NCBI GenBank assembly: GCA_963666285.1
Contig: OY762711.1
Length of the DNA: 64,000 nt
Reading direction: 5' to 3' (one strand)
DNA from: Sedimentisphaerales bacterium
Lineage (GTDB): Bacteria > Planctomycetota > Phycisphaerae > Sedimentisphaerales > SM23-30
Below, piece by piece: positions 10,692 through 21,939 of the stretch (position 1 is its first letter; every line of letters begins with the position of its first letter). The notes under the pieces are model-generated. The model did no database searches. It was not told the DNA's origin and saw only the letters and a list, made by a program, of their open reading frames with translations. The position numbers were made by a program, and so were the translations under genes.

Positions 10692-11625
10692 TGATACAGT
10701 TATACAACTCCTCCGCAATCTCTACCATCCTCACACCCGGTCTGTGCAGCAGATTTGCATCTATCAGATACACCATTCCATTTGCAACCGCAGGTACCTC
10801 CAGCGCTTGCCATTGCTTCAGTATCTCATCGCTGCTTTCCGCCAGCAGTTTTGGATCAACCGCCTCTATTATCACATCTGGTGCCCGGCTTATCAGCGAT
10901 TCACGCGAAATATCGGCATAAGGCAAAACGATATCAGAAAATATATTCTCGCCGCCGGCCAGGTGAATCATCTCGGTAAAACAGGTATCATTACCCGCTG
11001 TCGATAAGTTATTCAAAGTACCAGGCTTACGACCCAGACACAGAAATACCTTACGCCTTTTAACAACATCACCGCTCCTGTCCACCAGCCTTTTGCGAAT
11101 ATCCGTCAGACCGTCAAATATATTATTACACAGTTCAACACCCCGCTGCTCGCAGCCCAGTATCTTCGCCGTCAGCAATATCTCCTCATACACACATGCC
11201 AGATTTGACAACTTAAGATGCAGCTGCCGGATATTATTCTCCTCGCAATAATCTGATATTTTCTGGCTCTTACCCAAGGTAATTATCAGATCAGGCGTCA
11301 GCGATGCTATCGCCTCGAAATTCGTGTCAAAAAAACTGCCTACCTTTACCACGGTTTCAACTTCAGGTGGATAATCGCTAAACAGATCTGCTCCCACAAG
11401 CCTGTCCCCGCACCCCAGGGCATATACCAGCTCGGTACCTAAAGGCGTGACCGTAATTATACGCTGCGGAGATGACAAATCACTCACACTACCATAAGTG
11501 TTTTCTAATTCTGTACTTACGGAAATACTATCAGGAGTAGTACTGCTGCCGACCTGCATTATCAATACACCGATAACCGCAAGAACCAATGCCACAATAA
11601 AAGTTTTATCCATTTTCTGGATCAA
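10681..11625 (-). CDS. Helical-backbone metal-chelate binding protein (BtuF-like)
   Basis: 'PQRIITVTPLGTELVYALG..LVG..FSDYPPE..VG..NFEAIASLTPDLI', 'VPAVANG', 'HRPGVR'. Confidence 0.85.
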   Translation of the reverse strand: MIQKMDKTFIVALVLAVIGVLIMQVGSSTTPDSISVSTELENTYGSVSDLSSPQRIITVTPLGTELVYALGCGDRLVGADLFSDYPPEVETVVKVGSFFDTNFEAIASLTPDLIITLGKSQKISDYCEENNIRQLHLKLSNLACVYEEILLTAKILGCEQRGVELCNNIFDGLTDIRKRLVDRSGDVVKRRKVFLCLGRKPGTLNNLSTAGNDTCFTEMIHLAGGENIFSDIVLPYADISRESLISRAPDVIIEAVDPKLLAESSDEILKQWQALEVPAVANGMVYLIDANLLHRPGVRMVEIAEELYNCINEK

Positions 11626-11775
11626 TACACATAACCTTCTAATAATAACATACTTAGCCAGGACAATAAGCAGCCACTTCTACCTGTATTTTACATGCTA
11701 TTATTAGACACGATTATACGTTTTTTTTCAACTGTCAGTTAATTTGCACTGTCATCACACTCTCTTTTGTATATA

Positions 11776-13635
11776 TCATTCAAAAATCTCATCTAAAAAC
11801 GATGTAGTAAACATTACTGTTTTCATATACCACGGATGGAACAGCCAGAAAGAATGCGGAGCATCATCGAGTGTATGAATCTCGCTATAAATCGAATGCT
11901 GATTAAGCTTTTCCACAACCTCATCCCTGCCGGCATGAAATCGCGGCTGAGAACTATTAATAAACAGTATCGGCGGAGATTTTTCATCTACATAATATAG
12001 TGGAGAAGCTTCTTTCCATATCTCAAATATTTCATGATGTCTGCCGCCCAGCCACTTACTCGCCGGTGTTTCCTTCCTCGATGGGTCATCTTCATTTTTG
12101 AGTACTTCCTCACCGGTAAAATCCATAACTCCATCAATATTGATTATAGCGACAATCCGCTTTTTTTCATTTCCACTGCCGTTATCAGTCCCATACGTCA
12201 AACCAACCAGACCCGCAAGCTGGGCTCCGGCTGAACAACCCAGGATAGCCATCCTGTCTGGATCTATTTTATATTCAGCACTATGGTCAACAACCCAGGT
12301 TATCGCATTTTTTATATCTTCTACTGCTGCCGGATATTTCGCCTCCGGTGACAACCGGTATTCTACCGCCACCGCCGCATAGCCATGCTGAGCCAGGTAA
12401 TCTGCCATAGGATACATAAGGCTGCGGTCGCCCGAGCTCCAGCCGCCGCCGTGTATAAGAAAGACCACCGGTTTCGGAGCTTTCACTTTGTCATTAACAA
12501 AAAACAAATCCAATACCAAAACCCGACCGCCAAGATTGGAATATCCTACATCTTTGCACATAATACTGGCCGGATCATATAATGCCGGTTGTATAAATGG
12601 ATAATATTTCCGATATTTTTTCAGCGCACTTTCAAGGGTATAAGATGTATCACGCGGAATGTCAGGCATTATCTGCTTCGGCCGCTCAAACATCATTTCG
12701 GGTAACATAAACGGCTTCAACACTTCCCCGGCACTATACTTTCCAACTTCTTGTTCCGATAATAACCTAAACCATCCAACCCTTTTACCGGTTTTGGCAC
12801 CCGCACCACAATTGCCGCCTTCGACATACGCAACCGTCTGTTCCTTACCCTTATCATTCCAGTTATGCCAGCCTTCCGGACGAATATGGCCGCCCAGCTC
12901 GCATTTCACAAATGCCGTCTTGGCATACTGCCGCCATGGTCGTCCCAGGTAAACCTTATCGACACCATCATCTGCGGTTAATTTGCAATTCAAAAACACC
13001 AGACCATACGGACGGCCCTGCGGGGTACTTGCCGCAGTAATGTAGGAATTCTGCTTGCTGTGTATAACACAATTTTCAAAAAGTGCCGTTGCCTGACCAA
13101 AAATATAATCAGTTGTTCCCTCGATATAACAATTAATATAATGCTGACGGGTATTTGCTCCGTCAACATACAAGGTGTCCTGGTTACCGATAAACCTGCA
13201 ATTTTCAAAAACACAGCGGTCCGACTCGACCGCAAGAGCCACTGCCTGACCTACTCTGCCGGCATTATTTTCAACTACAACGTTCTTCATCCTGAAATTA
13301 TCTGACTGAACCAGCATCGTTGCTGTATGAAATGTACTGTTTCGACCGCGGTCAATTTTATCAAAATAATCATCCCACCGTATAACAACTTCTCCGGCTG
13401 ACCGTCCTATAATAGTCAGGTTATTATTCCAGCTATGCACTTTTACCTTTTCTTGATAAGTCCCGTTCTCTAGATAAATCGTAACTGATTTATCTGGAAA
13501 GGCTTTTGTACCGTCTATCGCAGCCTGTATCGAAGAAAAATCAGCTGTGCCGTCCAATGCAACATGAATTTCTGTCTGATACTGCCCACACACTATTGAA
13601 CATAACACAAAGAGAAGAATATTAATTAGTTTCAT
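11776..13635 (-). CDS. Pectin methylesterase (CE8) fused to alpha/beta-hydrolase esterase
   Basis: CE8 motifs QAVAL, GNQDTL, GTTDYIFG, YLGRPW; C-terminal HGGGW, YRLSPE, GCSAG, HSFW. Confidence 0.88.
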   Translation of the reverse strand: MKLINILLFVLCSIVCGQYQTEIHVALDGTADFSSIQAAIDGTKAFPDKSVTIYLENGTYQEKVKVHSWNNNLTIIGRSAGEVVIRWDDYFDKIDRGRNSTFHTATMLVQSDNFRMKNVVVENNAGRVGQAVALAVESDRCVFENCRFIGNQDTLYVDGANTRQHYINCYIEGTTDYIFGQATALFENCVIHSKQNSYITAASTPQGRPYGLVFLNCKLTADDGVDKVYLGRPWRQYAKTAFVKCELGGHIRPEGWHNWNDKGKEQTVAYVEGGNCGAGAKTGKRVGWFRLLSEQEVGKYSAGEVLKPFMLPEMMFERPKQIMPDIPRDTSYTLESALKKYRKYYPFIQPALYDPASIMCKDVGYSNLGGRVLVLDLFFVNDKVKAPKPVVFLIHGGGWSSGDRSLMYPMADYLAQHGYAAVAVEYRLSPEAKYPAAVEDIKNAITWVVDHSAEYKIDPDRMAILGCSAGAQLAGLVGLTYGTDNGSGNEKKRIVAIINIDGVMDFTGEEVLKNEDDPSRKETPASKWLGGRHHEIFEIWKEASPLYYVDEKSPPILFINSSQPRFHAGRDEVVEKLNQHSIYSEIHTLDDAPHSFWLFHPWYMKTVMFTTSFLDEIFE

Positions 13636-13993
13636 ATATAAACTCCTTCTAAACAGTCTTAATATAAGAGCCGGATATCTAAATTATATAGGGTATCAAA
13701 AGTGGATACAACCGCATAATCGTTACAACCGTTGCATGCGGTGCAATCTCAGCCATCAAACCAATCCGTTTATATTATTACCACAACTATTTTTTTAAAC
13801 AAAATGTATCATTATTAACTCATTATGGCTCAATTCAGTGTCGATTGAATATATTGTTACAAAAGCAGATCTTCTGTTTATATAGTAAATGTTTTTCATT
13901 TACTTATTGGAGTTACTTAAATAAAGCTCTAAGCAAAGGTCAAGGAGAAAACATTGCGAACAAATTATTCAGTTTCGCGGAGGTTAAAATAAC

Positions 13994-14752
13994 ATGCGTA
14001 AAAGAAAATTCGTTGTAGGTAGAGAGACACAAAACTTGTTACACACTGCATTGATGAAAAAGATGCCTCTTACCATAACAAAAAAACATGGCGACGATTG
14101 GGAAATGTATAAATCCCATATTATTTCGATACAGGGTCATAGAATGGTTATCACTCTGCCTTTCGGCCGTGAAGATCAGCCTCCGATGGAACCGGGAAAA
14201 GGGCAGGAGCTGGCAATCACTTTCAAAAAAGGGTATAACAAATGCCTGTTCACCAGCCGAATCATTTCTCAGAGCAGAACCGAAATCGATCCGGGCCAGT
14301 ATATCGACACCCTCATAATATACGTGCCGGAACAAATCGAAAAGATCCAACGCCGTGTTTACGAACGTACAAATGTTCCTGAAGGCGAAACTATCACTGT
14401 TACCTTCTGGGCCATTCATGACAGCAGCGAAAAATATTCCGGATCACTCAACGACCTGTCAGGCGGAGGTATTGGTGTCGATGTGAATGAAAATGTCGAC
14501 CCGGCAATCGAACCGGAACAGCATTGCAATGTTCAGTTTGTCCCACTGCCGGGCCACGAACCTATCATAGCAACCGCTATTTACAGACATATAACCAACC
14601 CGGAAAATGGCAAACGCACGATCGGTTTCCAGTTTATCGGCCTGGAAAACACCGAACAGGGTCGCATGGTCCTTAGGAGAATTGGACGGGTAATTACAAT
14701 CTACGATAGAAGAAATAATATCGCAAAGAATAGATTCATCTATCAACATTAA
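13994..14752 (+). CDS. YcgR-like flagellar brake / PilZ-domain c-di-GMP receptor
   Basis: QRRVYER (RxxxR) and DLSGGG (DxSxxG) PilZ motifs after an N-terminal YcgR-like domain; GGAGG RBS. Confidence 0.85.
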   Translation: MRKRKFVVGRETQNLLHTALMKKMPLTITKKHGDDWEMYKSHIISIQGHRMVITLPFGREDQPPMEPGKGQELAITFKKGYNKCLFTSRIISQSRTEIDPGQYIDTLIIYVPEQIEKIQRRVYERTNVPEGETITVTFWAIHDSSEKYSGSLNDLSGGGIGVDVNENVDPAIEPEQHCNVQFVPLPGHEPIIATAIYRHITNPENGKRTIGFQFIGLENTEQGRMVLRRIGRVITIYDRRNNIAKNRFIYQH

Positions 14753-14786
14753 AAAATATGCAATAAAAACCTATCTCAACATAGCG

Positions 14787-14817
14787 AAAAACAGGCCCGG
14801 AGTTTGGGCCTGTTTTT
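14787..14817. terminator. Bidirectional intrinsic terminator
   Basis: AAAAACAGGCCC-ggagttt-GGGCCTGTTTTT between convergent genes. Confidence 0.8.
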
Positions 14818-14880
14818 ATTTTAAATCTGCTTTTCCGCAGGTGACACATACTAATCAACTGGACTATCAACGGATAATGG

Positions 14881-17211
14881 TTAATTTACATCATAAGACG
14901 GCGGTACATAACCTTTCGCCCAGTCCGTATCCGGCTCGGTTGACATTATAAATTCCAGCTTGTTCTTTTTCTTACTGGCAAGTTCTTCCAGCGTAAGCCA
15001 GGTCTTACCTGCCTCGCTGCCGTTAAGCTTCATCGAGGTTATATATGGTGCTTCATGACCGGCATTATCAGCTGTTATTACCACCTGACTGCCGTCACCA
15101 AGATTAAGCGTAACTTTAGGAAACAGCGGACCGGTCACAGAAAAACCACCAACGCCCGGTATCTCAGGATACAATCCCAGCGATGCAAATATATACCATG
15201 CCGACATCGCGCCGCTGTCATCATCACCCGGTATCCCCTTAACCTTATTAAAGAATGATGCATCCATAACACGACGCATCTGGTTCTGAGCCTTCCACGG
15301 TGCTCCCATCCAGTTATAAACCGGTACGATACCAAAGCACGGCTCATTACCGGCCAGGTATTTCGGATTACCATAATCATAGCCAAACGCTATCTCCGAC
15401 ATCAGCTTATCCAGACGCTCCTGGGCTGCTTCATTTCCGCCAATTTCATTTACCAGTTTGCCCAGGTTATGCGGGATACCCCAGGTATAATGGGTCGAGG
15501 TGCCTTCCTGGCAGCCATCGTTACTAAACGGGTTAAAATCTTCTTTCCAACTGCCGTCTCTCATCCTGCCCCAGATATATTTCTTTTCCGGGTGCAATAT
15601 ATTAAATATACTCTGTGAACGAATCAGAAAATATTCATAGCTCTCCTCATCACCAATAGTCTTTGCCATCTGCGCAATTGAAAAATCAGCTGATGCATAT
15701 TCGACATTCTGTGATACCGGGCAATGAATATTAACATCATAAGGATAATAGCCATATCGCTTGTATTCCGGCAGACAGCCCCAGGTATAATGAAGGTTAC
15801 GACCCCAGTATCGATTATTCGTACCGGAATCGATCATAACTTTTGTCAGACCGTCAACGTCAAAATCCTTCGCGCCAAACGCGTAAGCACTGGCAATAAA
15901 CGGCGCCGCCGGATAACCTGCCATTATCAAAGTCTCATCATTAAACATACTCCATAACGGCAGACCGCCTCCGCCATTATATTCTGTCTGCTGCGAGGTC
16001 TCCAGCATCGTCTGGCAGAAATCGCTCGCAGCCTCCGGGTAGAACAAGCCCCAGAGCTGAGCCTGGGTACGATAGGTATCCCACCCGGAAAATGTACTGT
16101 AAGCATGATGTCCCGGTCGAACGGTATGAACTTTGTCATCCATACCGATATACTCGCCATTTACATCATCAAAGATATTCGGTAATACAACTGAATGATA
16201 CAGTGCCGTATAGAAAATAGTCTTATCATCCTCGCTGCCGCCTTCGATCTGAATTTTATTCAACACATCATTCCAACCGTCTCTGGCTGCATTCTTGACC
16301 GTGTCAAAACACCAGCCCGGCATCTCTGTCGCCAGGTTGAGCCTGGCATTTTCTTCACTGACATATGATATGCCGGTTTTCATCAAAACATCGCTGGCGG
16401 CAAAACTTACATAGGCCGCTATATCATTGCCTTCGGCTGTGTATGCTCCGGCCATATTCTCAGAGCCCTTCCAAATGCCATAGCCTTTGAATTCATTGTT
16501 AAATACAGTATTGAAATAGATCACATAGTCACATTTCTTCTGATGACAGAAACCGCCGCCCCTGACCCAGCCGGAAACTGTCCGTGTTTCAGGATCAATT
16601 GTTATTTTACCATCTCTCATACCGTTTGCCGATGCGGTCGGATCAAAAATAACATGCGCCGAATCTGTATCCCCATACTCAAACTTCGCCATGCCGCAGC
16701 GAGTCGTTGCTGTCAGCTCGGTTTTTACATTATACCGGTCGAGCATCACGGAATAATAGCCCGGAGAGGCACTTTCCTTTTCCTTACTGAACTTCGAACT
16801 GTAAACATTCTTATCTGACGCCGGTGAAGCTTCCAGCGAACCGGTAACAGGCATAAACGGCAGCTCACACACCGCCTCACAGCCCACACCGCTTATATGC
16901 ACCAGGCCGAAACCGCGAATCTGGTCACAGGTGCGGTCATATCCGCTGCCGTGATTGCGAACAGTTGAATGCGGACTGAATGACAGCATACCAAACGGCA
17001 TCTGGGCTCCGGGGTAAGTAGAACCGGAACCTCTGGCTGTACCGATAAATGGATTTACATATTCTGACCAGTCTGGAACAGACGTCTTTTTACCAGATGC
17101 TGATTTCGATGAATCTATTGTACAGCCGGCAATAAAAATTACTACAGATAGAAACACTGCAATAATACAAACGCGCAAGGCCTTCTCGGCCCGAATACTT
17201 AATTCTTGCAT
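14881..17211 (-). CDS. GH92 alpha-mannosidase, probable lipoprotein
   Basis: 'VNPFIGT', 'PGAQMPFGM', 'FSGWDTYR', 'GNEP', 'PGDDDSGAMSAWY'; lipobox-like IAGC. Confidence 0.92.
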   Translation of the reverse strand: MQELSIRAEKALRVCIIAVFLSVVIFIAGCTIDSSKSASGKKTSVPDWSEYVNPFIGTARGSGSTYPGAQMPFGMLSFSPHSTVRNHGSGYDRTCDQIRGFGLVHISGVGCEAVCELPFMPVTGSLEASPASDKNVYSSKFSKEKESASPGYYSVMLDRYNVKTELTATTRCGMAKFEYGDTDSAHVIFDPTASANGMRDGKITIDPETRTVSGWVRGGGFCHQKKCDYVIYFNTVFNNEFKGYGIWKGSENMAGAYTAEGNDIAAYVSFAASDVLMKTGISYVSEENARLNLATEMPGWCFDTVKNAARDGWNDVLNKIQIEGGSEDDKTIFYTALYHSVVLPNIFDDVNGEYIGMDDKVHTVRPGHHAYSTFSGWDTYRTQAQLWGLFYPEAASDFCQTMLETSQQTEYNGGGGLPLWSMFNDETLIMAGYPAAPFIASAYAFGAKDFDVDGLTKVMIDSGTNNRYWGRNLHYTWGCLPEYKRYGYYPYDVNIHCPVSQNVEYASADFSIAQMAKTIGDEESYEYFLIRSQSIFNILHPEKKYIWGRMRDGSWKEDFNPFSNDGCQEGTSTHYTWGIPHNLGKLVNEIGGNEAAQERLDKLMSEIAFGYDYGNPKYLAGNEPCFGIVPVYNWMGAPWKAQNQMRRVMDASFFNKVKGIPGDDDSGAMSAWYIFASLGLYPEIPGVGGFSVTGPLFPKVTLNLGDGSQVVITADNAGHEAPYITSMKLNGSEAGKTWLTLEELASKKKNKLEFIMSTEPDTDWAKGYVPPSYDVN

Positions 17212-17323
17212 ATTAAACCTCTACTATTGTGTTAACATAGATAAAAAAGACAAACAGAATTGTCTTTGCTATCTATTTTTGCTTTGAGTAATATGATAGT
17301 AACAATCTGCCCAATCATCAATA

Positions 17324-17511
17324 GTTAACTTTCGCAGTTTTTAAGATGCAATAACGAAGTGCCTTTGGTAAATCGCCTAAAAGGGCCTTCCTGCAAATAC
17401 CTTAAATTTTCACTTTTCGTTATTAATTTTCACTAAATTGCCCTGTTCCGGCCTTTGCGTATAATGCTGAACAGTCAAAAGTGCGCCATGCATATGATGC
17501 AAAGCATAAAC
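17324..17511 (+). repeat. MITE-like repeat, family 1, copy A
   Basis: Starts GTTAACTTTCGC; shares CGCCTAAAAG.GCCTTC and GCCCTGTTC..CCTTTGCG.ATAA..TGAACAGTCAAAAGT with 62283-62464, and its right end with 60850-60968. Confidence 0.7.
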
Positions 17512-17946
17512 CGCACCAATATAAAACGTCGGAAAAAAATTAGCGACCACTTTTAATATAAATGGAATTAGCGGGTTTTTCACATTAAGGTCTCATAATT
17601 ATTTTAAAAATATATAACATATAGAAATTATAAATGAAATATTACAATAATATTAATAGTACCATACTGACATTAATGTTGAAAATAATATAACACAAAA
17701 TTTAACAAAAAGCCTTATAGTTTCAACGAAATAACGAAATAAATGCAACTTAAAATAAAAGTTTAATAAAAAAACAAAAATACTCATTTTCACCAGAAGT
17801 TCAAGTAATGGTTTTCCCAGCTAGTAACAGAGTCTTAAATATGACAGGTATTATCTTAACCTGCATTTCAAATATATCGATTAATCATTGGACAAGAGAG
17901 AAAAATATAAACACCTATGATAATACCTACACAGAAGGAGATGTTA

Positions 17947-19431
17947 ATGTTTGCAAAGAAAAATAAAATAAGCTTTAAAGTTCTGATGCTTCCGGTTATA
18001 GCGTTAATTTGTATGGGAGGATTATACTCTAGCGAGCAATATGTCAACTCTGCGGTTTCAAACGATGTAATAATGCCTGAATTTAACAAATCAGTTTTAA
18101 ACAGCAAAAAGGAAGCCTTAAAATCAGCTATTGATGTTGAAGCCACCCTCTTGGCTAAAGCTCTTGCAGGCATAAATGACACTGACAAAAAAATAGAAAT
18201 TATCGGACAATACATTCAGGATGTCAGATTTATGGGTGAAGATAAAACTTATATCTTTATTAACTCAACTGACGGGGCCAGCGTCTATCACCCGATAAAC
18301 CCATCGATTATGGGCGCGGATATGTCTCAAGCTAAAGACCCCGATGGAATCTATTTTACCCAGGAATTCATCAAGGCAATCAAAGAAAAAGGTGAAGGTT
18401 TTGTTAATTACTCCTGGGCTAAAGGAGACCTCGGACCTCAACCGAAAATAAGCTATGTAAAAGCTATCCCCGGAACAAATTTATATGCCGGAGCTGGTGT
18501 ATATATTGATGATATTGAAAAGGAAAAAGCAGCATTAACAGCTTCTATCCAGGATAAAAAAAGCCAATATACGGTTTATAAAGGAATTGGAATAACATTA
18601 TCATTAATTGTATTAATATTATCATCCGGCCTGATTGCAAAAAGCATTATTCTTCCTTTGAATAAAGCAATTAGCTCCTTAACAAAAGCAATGGCGGAGA
18701 TTACAGAAGCATCGGAAAACATCTCTTGCAGTGCCAATAACCTGGCTAATAACGCCAACAATCAGGCCGCGTCGATAGAAGAAACAAGTAGCTCACTCGA
18801 AGAAATAAATTCGACAATAAAAGCAACCTCAGAAAACTCAGGAAAAGTTAGCGTACTGGCTGAATCTTCAAGACAAGTCTCACAAAAAGGACAGGAATCC
18901 ATATCTCAAATGACATCGGCAATGGAAGGTATAAAAAAGTCATCGCAGGAAATCGGTAATGTTATCAAGATAATTGATGAAATTGCTTTCCAGACAAACC
19001 TGCTCGCCTTAAACGCTGCGGTTGAAGCTGCTCGAGCAGGCGAAGCAGGAAAAGGATTTGCTGTTGTGGCAGAAGAAGTTCGCAATCTTGCGATGCGTTC
19101 GGCAGAAGCTGCAAAGGGAACTTCCAGGATGATCGAAGAAGCTGTAAAAAGCTCCCAAAATGGTGGAAAAATCGTAACCGAAGTATCAGAAGCATTTCAT
19201 GAATTTTCTGACTCAACCGATCAAGTTAACCAATTGATATCAGAAATACATAATGCGTCAAAAGAACAATCGAATGGCATCGAACTGATCAGCCAGGCTA
19301 TGGTGCAAATCGATCATTCCACCCAGGCTATCACGGCTAATGCCGAGGAAGATGCCACTGCTGCCATGCAGCTAAAGGAACAGGTGCAATATGTACATAA
19401 TGTTGCTGATGAATTGAAAGAGATGATTTAG
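17947..19431 (+). CDS. Methyl-accepting chemotaxis protein with Cache sensor domain
   Basis: Cache-like '[22 protein letters not shown]' between TMs; MCP hairpin [34 protein letters not shown]. Confidence 0.95.
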   Translation: MFAKKNKISFKVLMLPVIALICMGGLYSSEQYVNSAVSNDVIMPEFNKSVLNSKKEALKSAIDVEATLLAKALAGINDTDKKIEIIGQYIQDVRFMGEDKTYIFINSTDGASVYHPINPSIMGADMSQAKDPDGIYFTQEFIKAIKEKGEGFVNYSWAKGDLGPQPKISYVKAIPGTNLYAGAGVYIDDIEKEKAALTASIQDKKSQYTVYKGIGITLSLIVLILSSGLIAKSIILPLNKAISSLTKAMAEITEASENISCSANNLANNANNQAASIEETSSSLEEINSTIKATSENSGKVSVLAESSRQVSQKGQESISQMTSAMEGIKKSSQEIGNVIKIIDEIAFQTNLLALNAAVEAARAGEAGKGFAVVAEEVRNLAMRSAEAAKGTSRMIEEAVKSSQNGGKIVTEVSEAFHEFSDSTDQVNQLISEIHNASKEQSNGIELISQAMVQIDHSTQAITANAEEDATAAMQLKEQVQYVHNVADELKEMI

Positions 19432-19581
19432 CAGGATATTGTTTTTCACAAGTTAAGAAAACTTATAAAATGTAAGCATTCACAGGTGCGATATTTGCAT
19501 CAGATTCCGTGTTTGTGAAGCTTTAAAATTGGTCGCGATAGCGATACCTTAACTTATTTCTTTTTACTTATATCTTATTAC

Positions 19582-19603
19582 TGTAACCGTGTGAACGGTT
19601 ACA
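19582..19603. terminator. Hairpin between convergent genes (possible terminator)
   Basis: TGTAACCGT-gtga-ACGGTTACA. Confidence 0.45.
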
Positions 19604-19609
19604 TAAAAT

Positions 19610-20491
19610 TTATTTCGTGTCAAACAGTGAATTATTTTCCGGACCGAACCAGCCCAGCTTATTGGCAATTGTACCCTGCTCGTCAGTTTTACCATGTGTG
19701 GTATATTCTGTTGAAAAACTCATTGCTTCTGCTGTAACATGACCGTCCGCCCACGCAGTATTTGTAAACCTGCCATGACGAAAATGAATTGTAGGATCAG
19801 GCATACCATCTACTTCCATAGCTTTGTCACGACTATAACCACTGCTGCCAAACGCATCTACATACCACGGCCAGAACGGTGGATGAACAAAAGAGTACTC
19901 AATCAACCCCTGCTTACCATTTCCAAGATCCTGGTTAAACGCTGTATCTGCAAACATAACCGTTGAATGAGGCTTCTTGACCTTTGTCTCATTCGCACTA
20001 TAATTACCACCCTTAGCAATACCATACTCATCGACCCGGCCGCCAATATATTCGCTGTTATAGCCATAACCGCCGCAACCGGCCTCAAAATTACCATCAA
20101 CCTGTCCCGCCTCGGCATAATAATGCCGCTCCTTAAAGGATGGGCATCTCTTTAGCTCTCCTTCGCCAATATATTTTGCCAGCGGCCCCCTTGCGGCATC
20201 AAATGCCTCATTTACACTATCACGAACTCCATGCCAGCGATGGTGATTATAATTAATATCTTTTGCCGCCAAAACATAATACCCTCTGTTATCCATCGCA
20301 TAGTTTGTGTTTGCCAGGAAAAGCTGCCGTTCATTTGACGCACATACTACCCGGCGGCCCTGTCCGCGGGCATTCGCTAATGCCGGTAAAAGGATACTAA
20401 CCAGCAGTGCGATAATTGATATCACTACCAGTAACTCTATCAGGGTAAAACCTGATGCCTGTTTTCTACTATTGTAAATCAAATTTGGCAT
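19610..20491 (-). CDS. Prepilin-type N-terminal cleavage/methylation protein with H-X9-DG motif (DUF1559-like)
   Basis: [29 protein letters not shown]...CASN.RQL; C-terminal [14 protein letters not shown]. Confidence 0.92.
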   Translation of the reverse strand: MPNLIYNSRKQASGFTLIELLVVISIIALLVSILLPALANARGQGRRVVCASNERQLFLANTNYAMDNRGYYVLAAKDINYNHHRWHGVRDSVNEAFDAARGPLAKYIGEGELKRCPSFKERHYYAEAGQVDGNFEAGCGGYGYNSEYIGGRVDEYGIAKGGNYSANETKVKKPHSTVMFADTAFNQDLGNGKQGLIEYSFVHPPFWPWYVDAFGSSGYSRDKAMEVDGMPDPTIHFRHGRFTNTAWADGHVTAEAMSFSTEYTTHGKTDEQGTIANKLGWFGPENNSLFDTK

Positions 20492-20530
20492 ATATTTGTA
20501 ATATCGGCTCTATAGTTAGATAATGCTTAA

Positions 20531-20691
20531 GGTGACTTTTGGAAATTGCTTTTGATGCGATAGTTTAAGATTTTGGTTGCTGACAAGAAACATAAAATCG
20601 TGCATATTGGTCTATATTCACTGTTTTATGTGACGCATGCCGGCAGGCAAAAGTAAAACTTGTCGCTCAAAATGAATTTTCAGAGTGTGCC
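20531..20691. mobile_element. MITE-like element, family 2 (161 bp, GG..CC ends, TTAA on both flanks)
   Basis: Imperfect ~30-bp TIRs GGTGACTTTTGGAAATTGCTTTTGATGCGA / TCGCTCAAAATGAATTTTCAGAGTGTGCC; relative at 29685-29759. Confidence 0.65.
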
Positions 20692-21939
20692 TTAATCTCG
20701 TTTAACCGAGTTTAACCAGTTCGTCGCCAGCAGGTATAAATCATTGATATCGATAAACCTGTTCTCATCAAAGTCACCCTGCGGCCAGTTTCCATACATA
20801 TTCCACCGGTTCGCCAGGCGGATAAAATCTGCCATATTCACCTTTCCATCTGAATTAGCATCACCGTAAAGCTGTTCAATCGCCCCGATAGCCTCAAGGT
20901 CAAAACCGCCAGAACCCCAGGTTACCCACGCATCATATACACTATGATTGGTTTGAAAATATTCTCCCCCTTCACCTGTTTCTGGGTCTATACTATTGGG
21001 ATCAATAAGTTCAATGGCCGAATCCTCATAAAAACCACTGCCGGGGATATCCACTATTTTAATGTAGTTAATATTCTGCAGATCAACATCGCCATTTATC
21101 ACCGCCTCGCTGTTTGCCAGATCTTTCAGGTTAAACGGCGTACCCCATGTACGTTCATAAGCATTTACATGTTTGCCTGCCAGATTATACACATTCGATG
21201 GGTCTATTGTACCATATGCTCCTACCTTTGCACTGGTAAGCGAAACCGACGGAAACCGGGCAAACATTTCTCCGTCTGTCGATACCTCAACATAAGCCAG
21301 CTCGGCAAATATCTGGCCGCCAATACCTGCTCCGCCTGCCGAGATAAAACCATTCTCAAATACAGCGAAGTCCGGGCCAGGTCCATCGCAAAGTGGATCA
21401 TCAAAGGAAACAGTAACCTGGCCCGGTTGGATTTTATACGGATCATTAGGATCCAGTATATCATTATCCGCATAATTAGGATCTGAAGGATCAAGCACAT
21501 TAAGCTGGCTTTCATGCAGATCGCCCAATACACATACATCAAAATTATCACCGGTCACGGGGCCTAACGAAGCTTCTGGCCTGCGCCAGTCCTTAGGAAC
21601 GCCGCCATAATACGTATAGCTTTCCCGCCCTATCAACGCAGCACTTGCTGCCGGGGCAGGAATATAGTTTTGATACCCGGTTGCCCATTGCCTGAAAACT
21701 GGGTTAACACGTAAACTGTTTGGATCATCATTTCCACCCGGCTCTTCATCATTAGATCCTGCCGGGCAAATCCCCCTTGTACTGCCGCTGATGTATCCCG
21801 GTATTCCGGCATCAGCCGCCGTTGGATGGCGATTCTCCATCGCGGTTGAATAATGCCCGTAATATTCGCCTTCCTGTCCGTTAAAAGCAAATATTACCGA
21901 TGCAAATATTAAACTTACAAAAAATACTTTAATTGCCAT
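20692..21939 (-). CDS. Secreted surface protein with C-terminal dockerin-like pair; putative cobalamin-associated family
   Basis: Signal peptide from ATG 21939; 'DGPGPDFAVFENGF..FAELAYVEVSTDG..NLAGKH..GTPFNL..IVDIPG..SGGFDLEAIG'; tail GDANSDGKVNMADF..W / GDFDENRFIDINDL..NWL. Confidence 0.7.
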   Translation of the reverse strand: MAIKVFFVSLIFASVIFAFNGQEGEYYGHYSTAMENRHPTAADAGIPGYISGSTRGICPAGSNDEEPGGNDDPNSLRVNPVFRQWATGYQNYIPAPAASAALIGRESYTYYGGVPKDWRRPEASLGPVTGDNFDVCVLGDLHESQLNVLDPSDPNYADNDILDPNDPYKIQPGQVTVSFDDPLCDGPGPDFAVFENGFISAGGAGIGGQIFAELAYVEVSTDGEMFARFPSVSLTSAKVGAYGTIDPSNVYNLAGKHVNAYERTWGTPFNLKDLANSEAVINGDVDLQNINYIKIVDIPGSGFYEDSAIELIDPNSIDPETGEGGEYFQTNHSVYDAWVTWGSGGFDLEAIGAIEQLYGDANSDGKVNMADFIRLANRWNMYGNWPQGDFDENRFIDINDLYLLATNWLNSVKRD

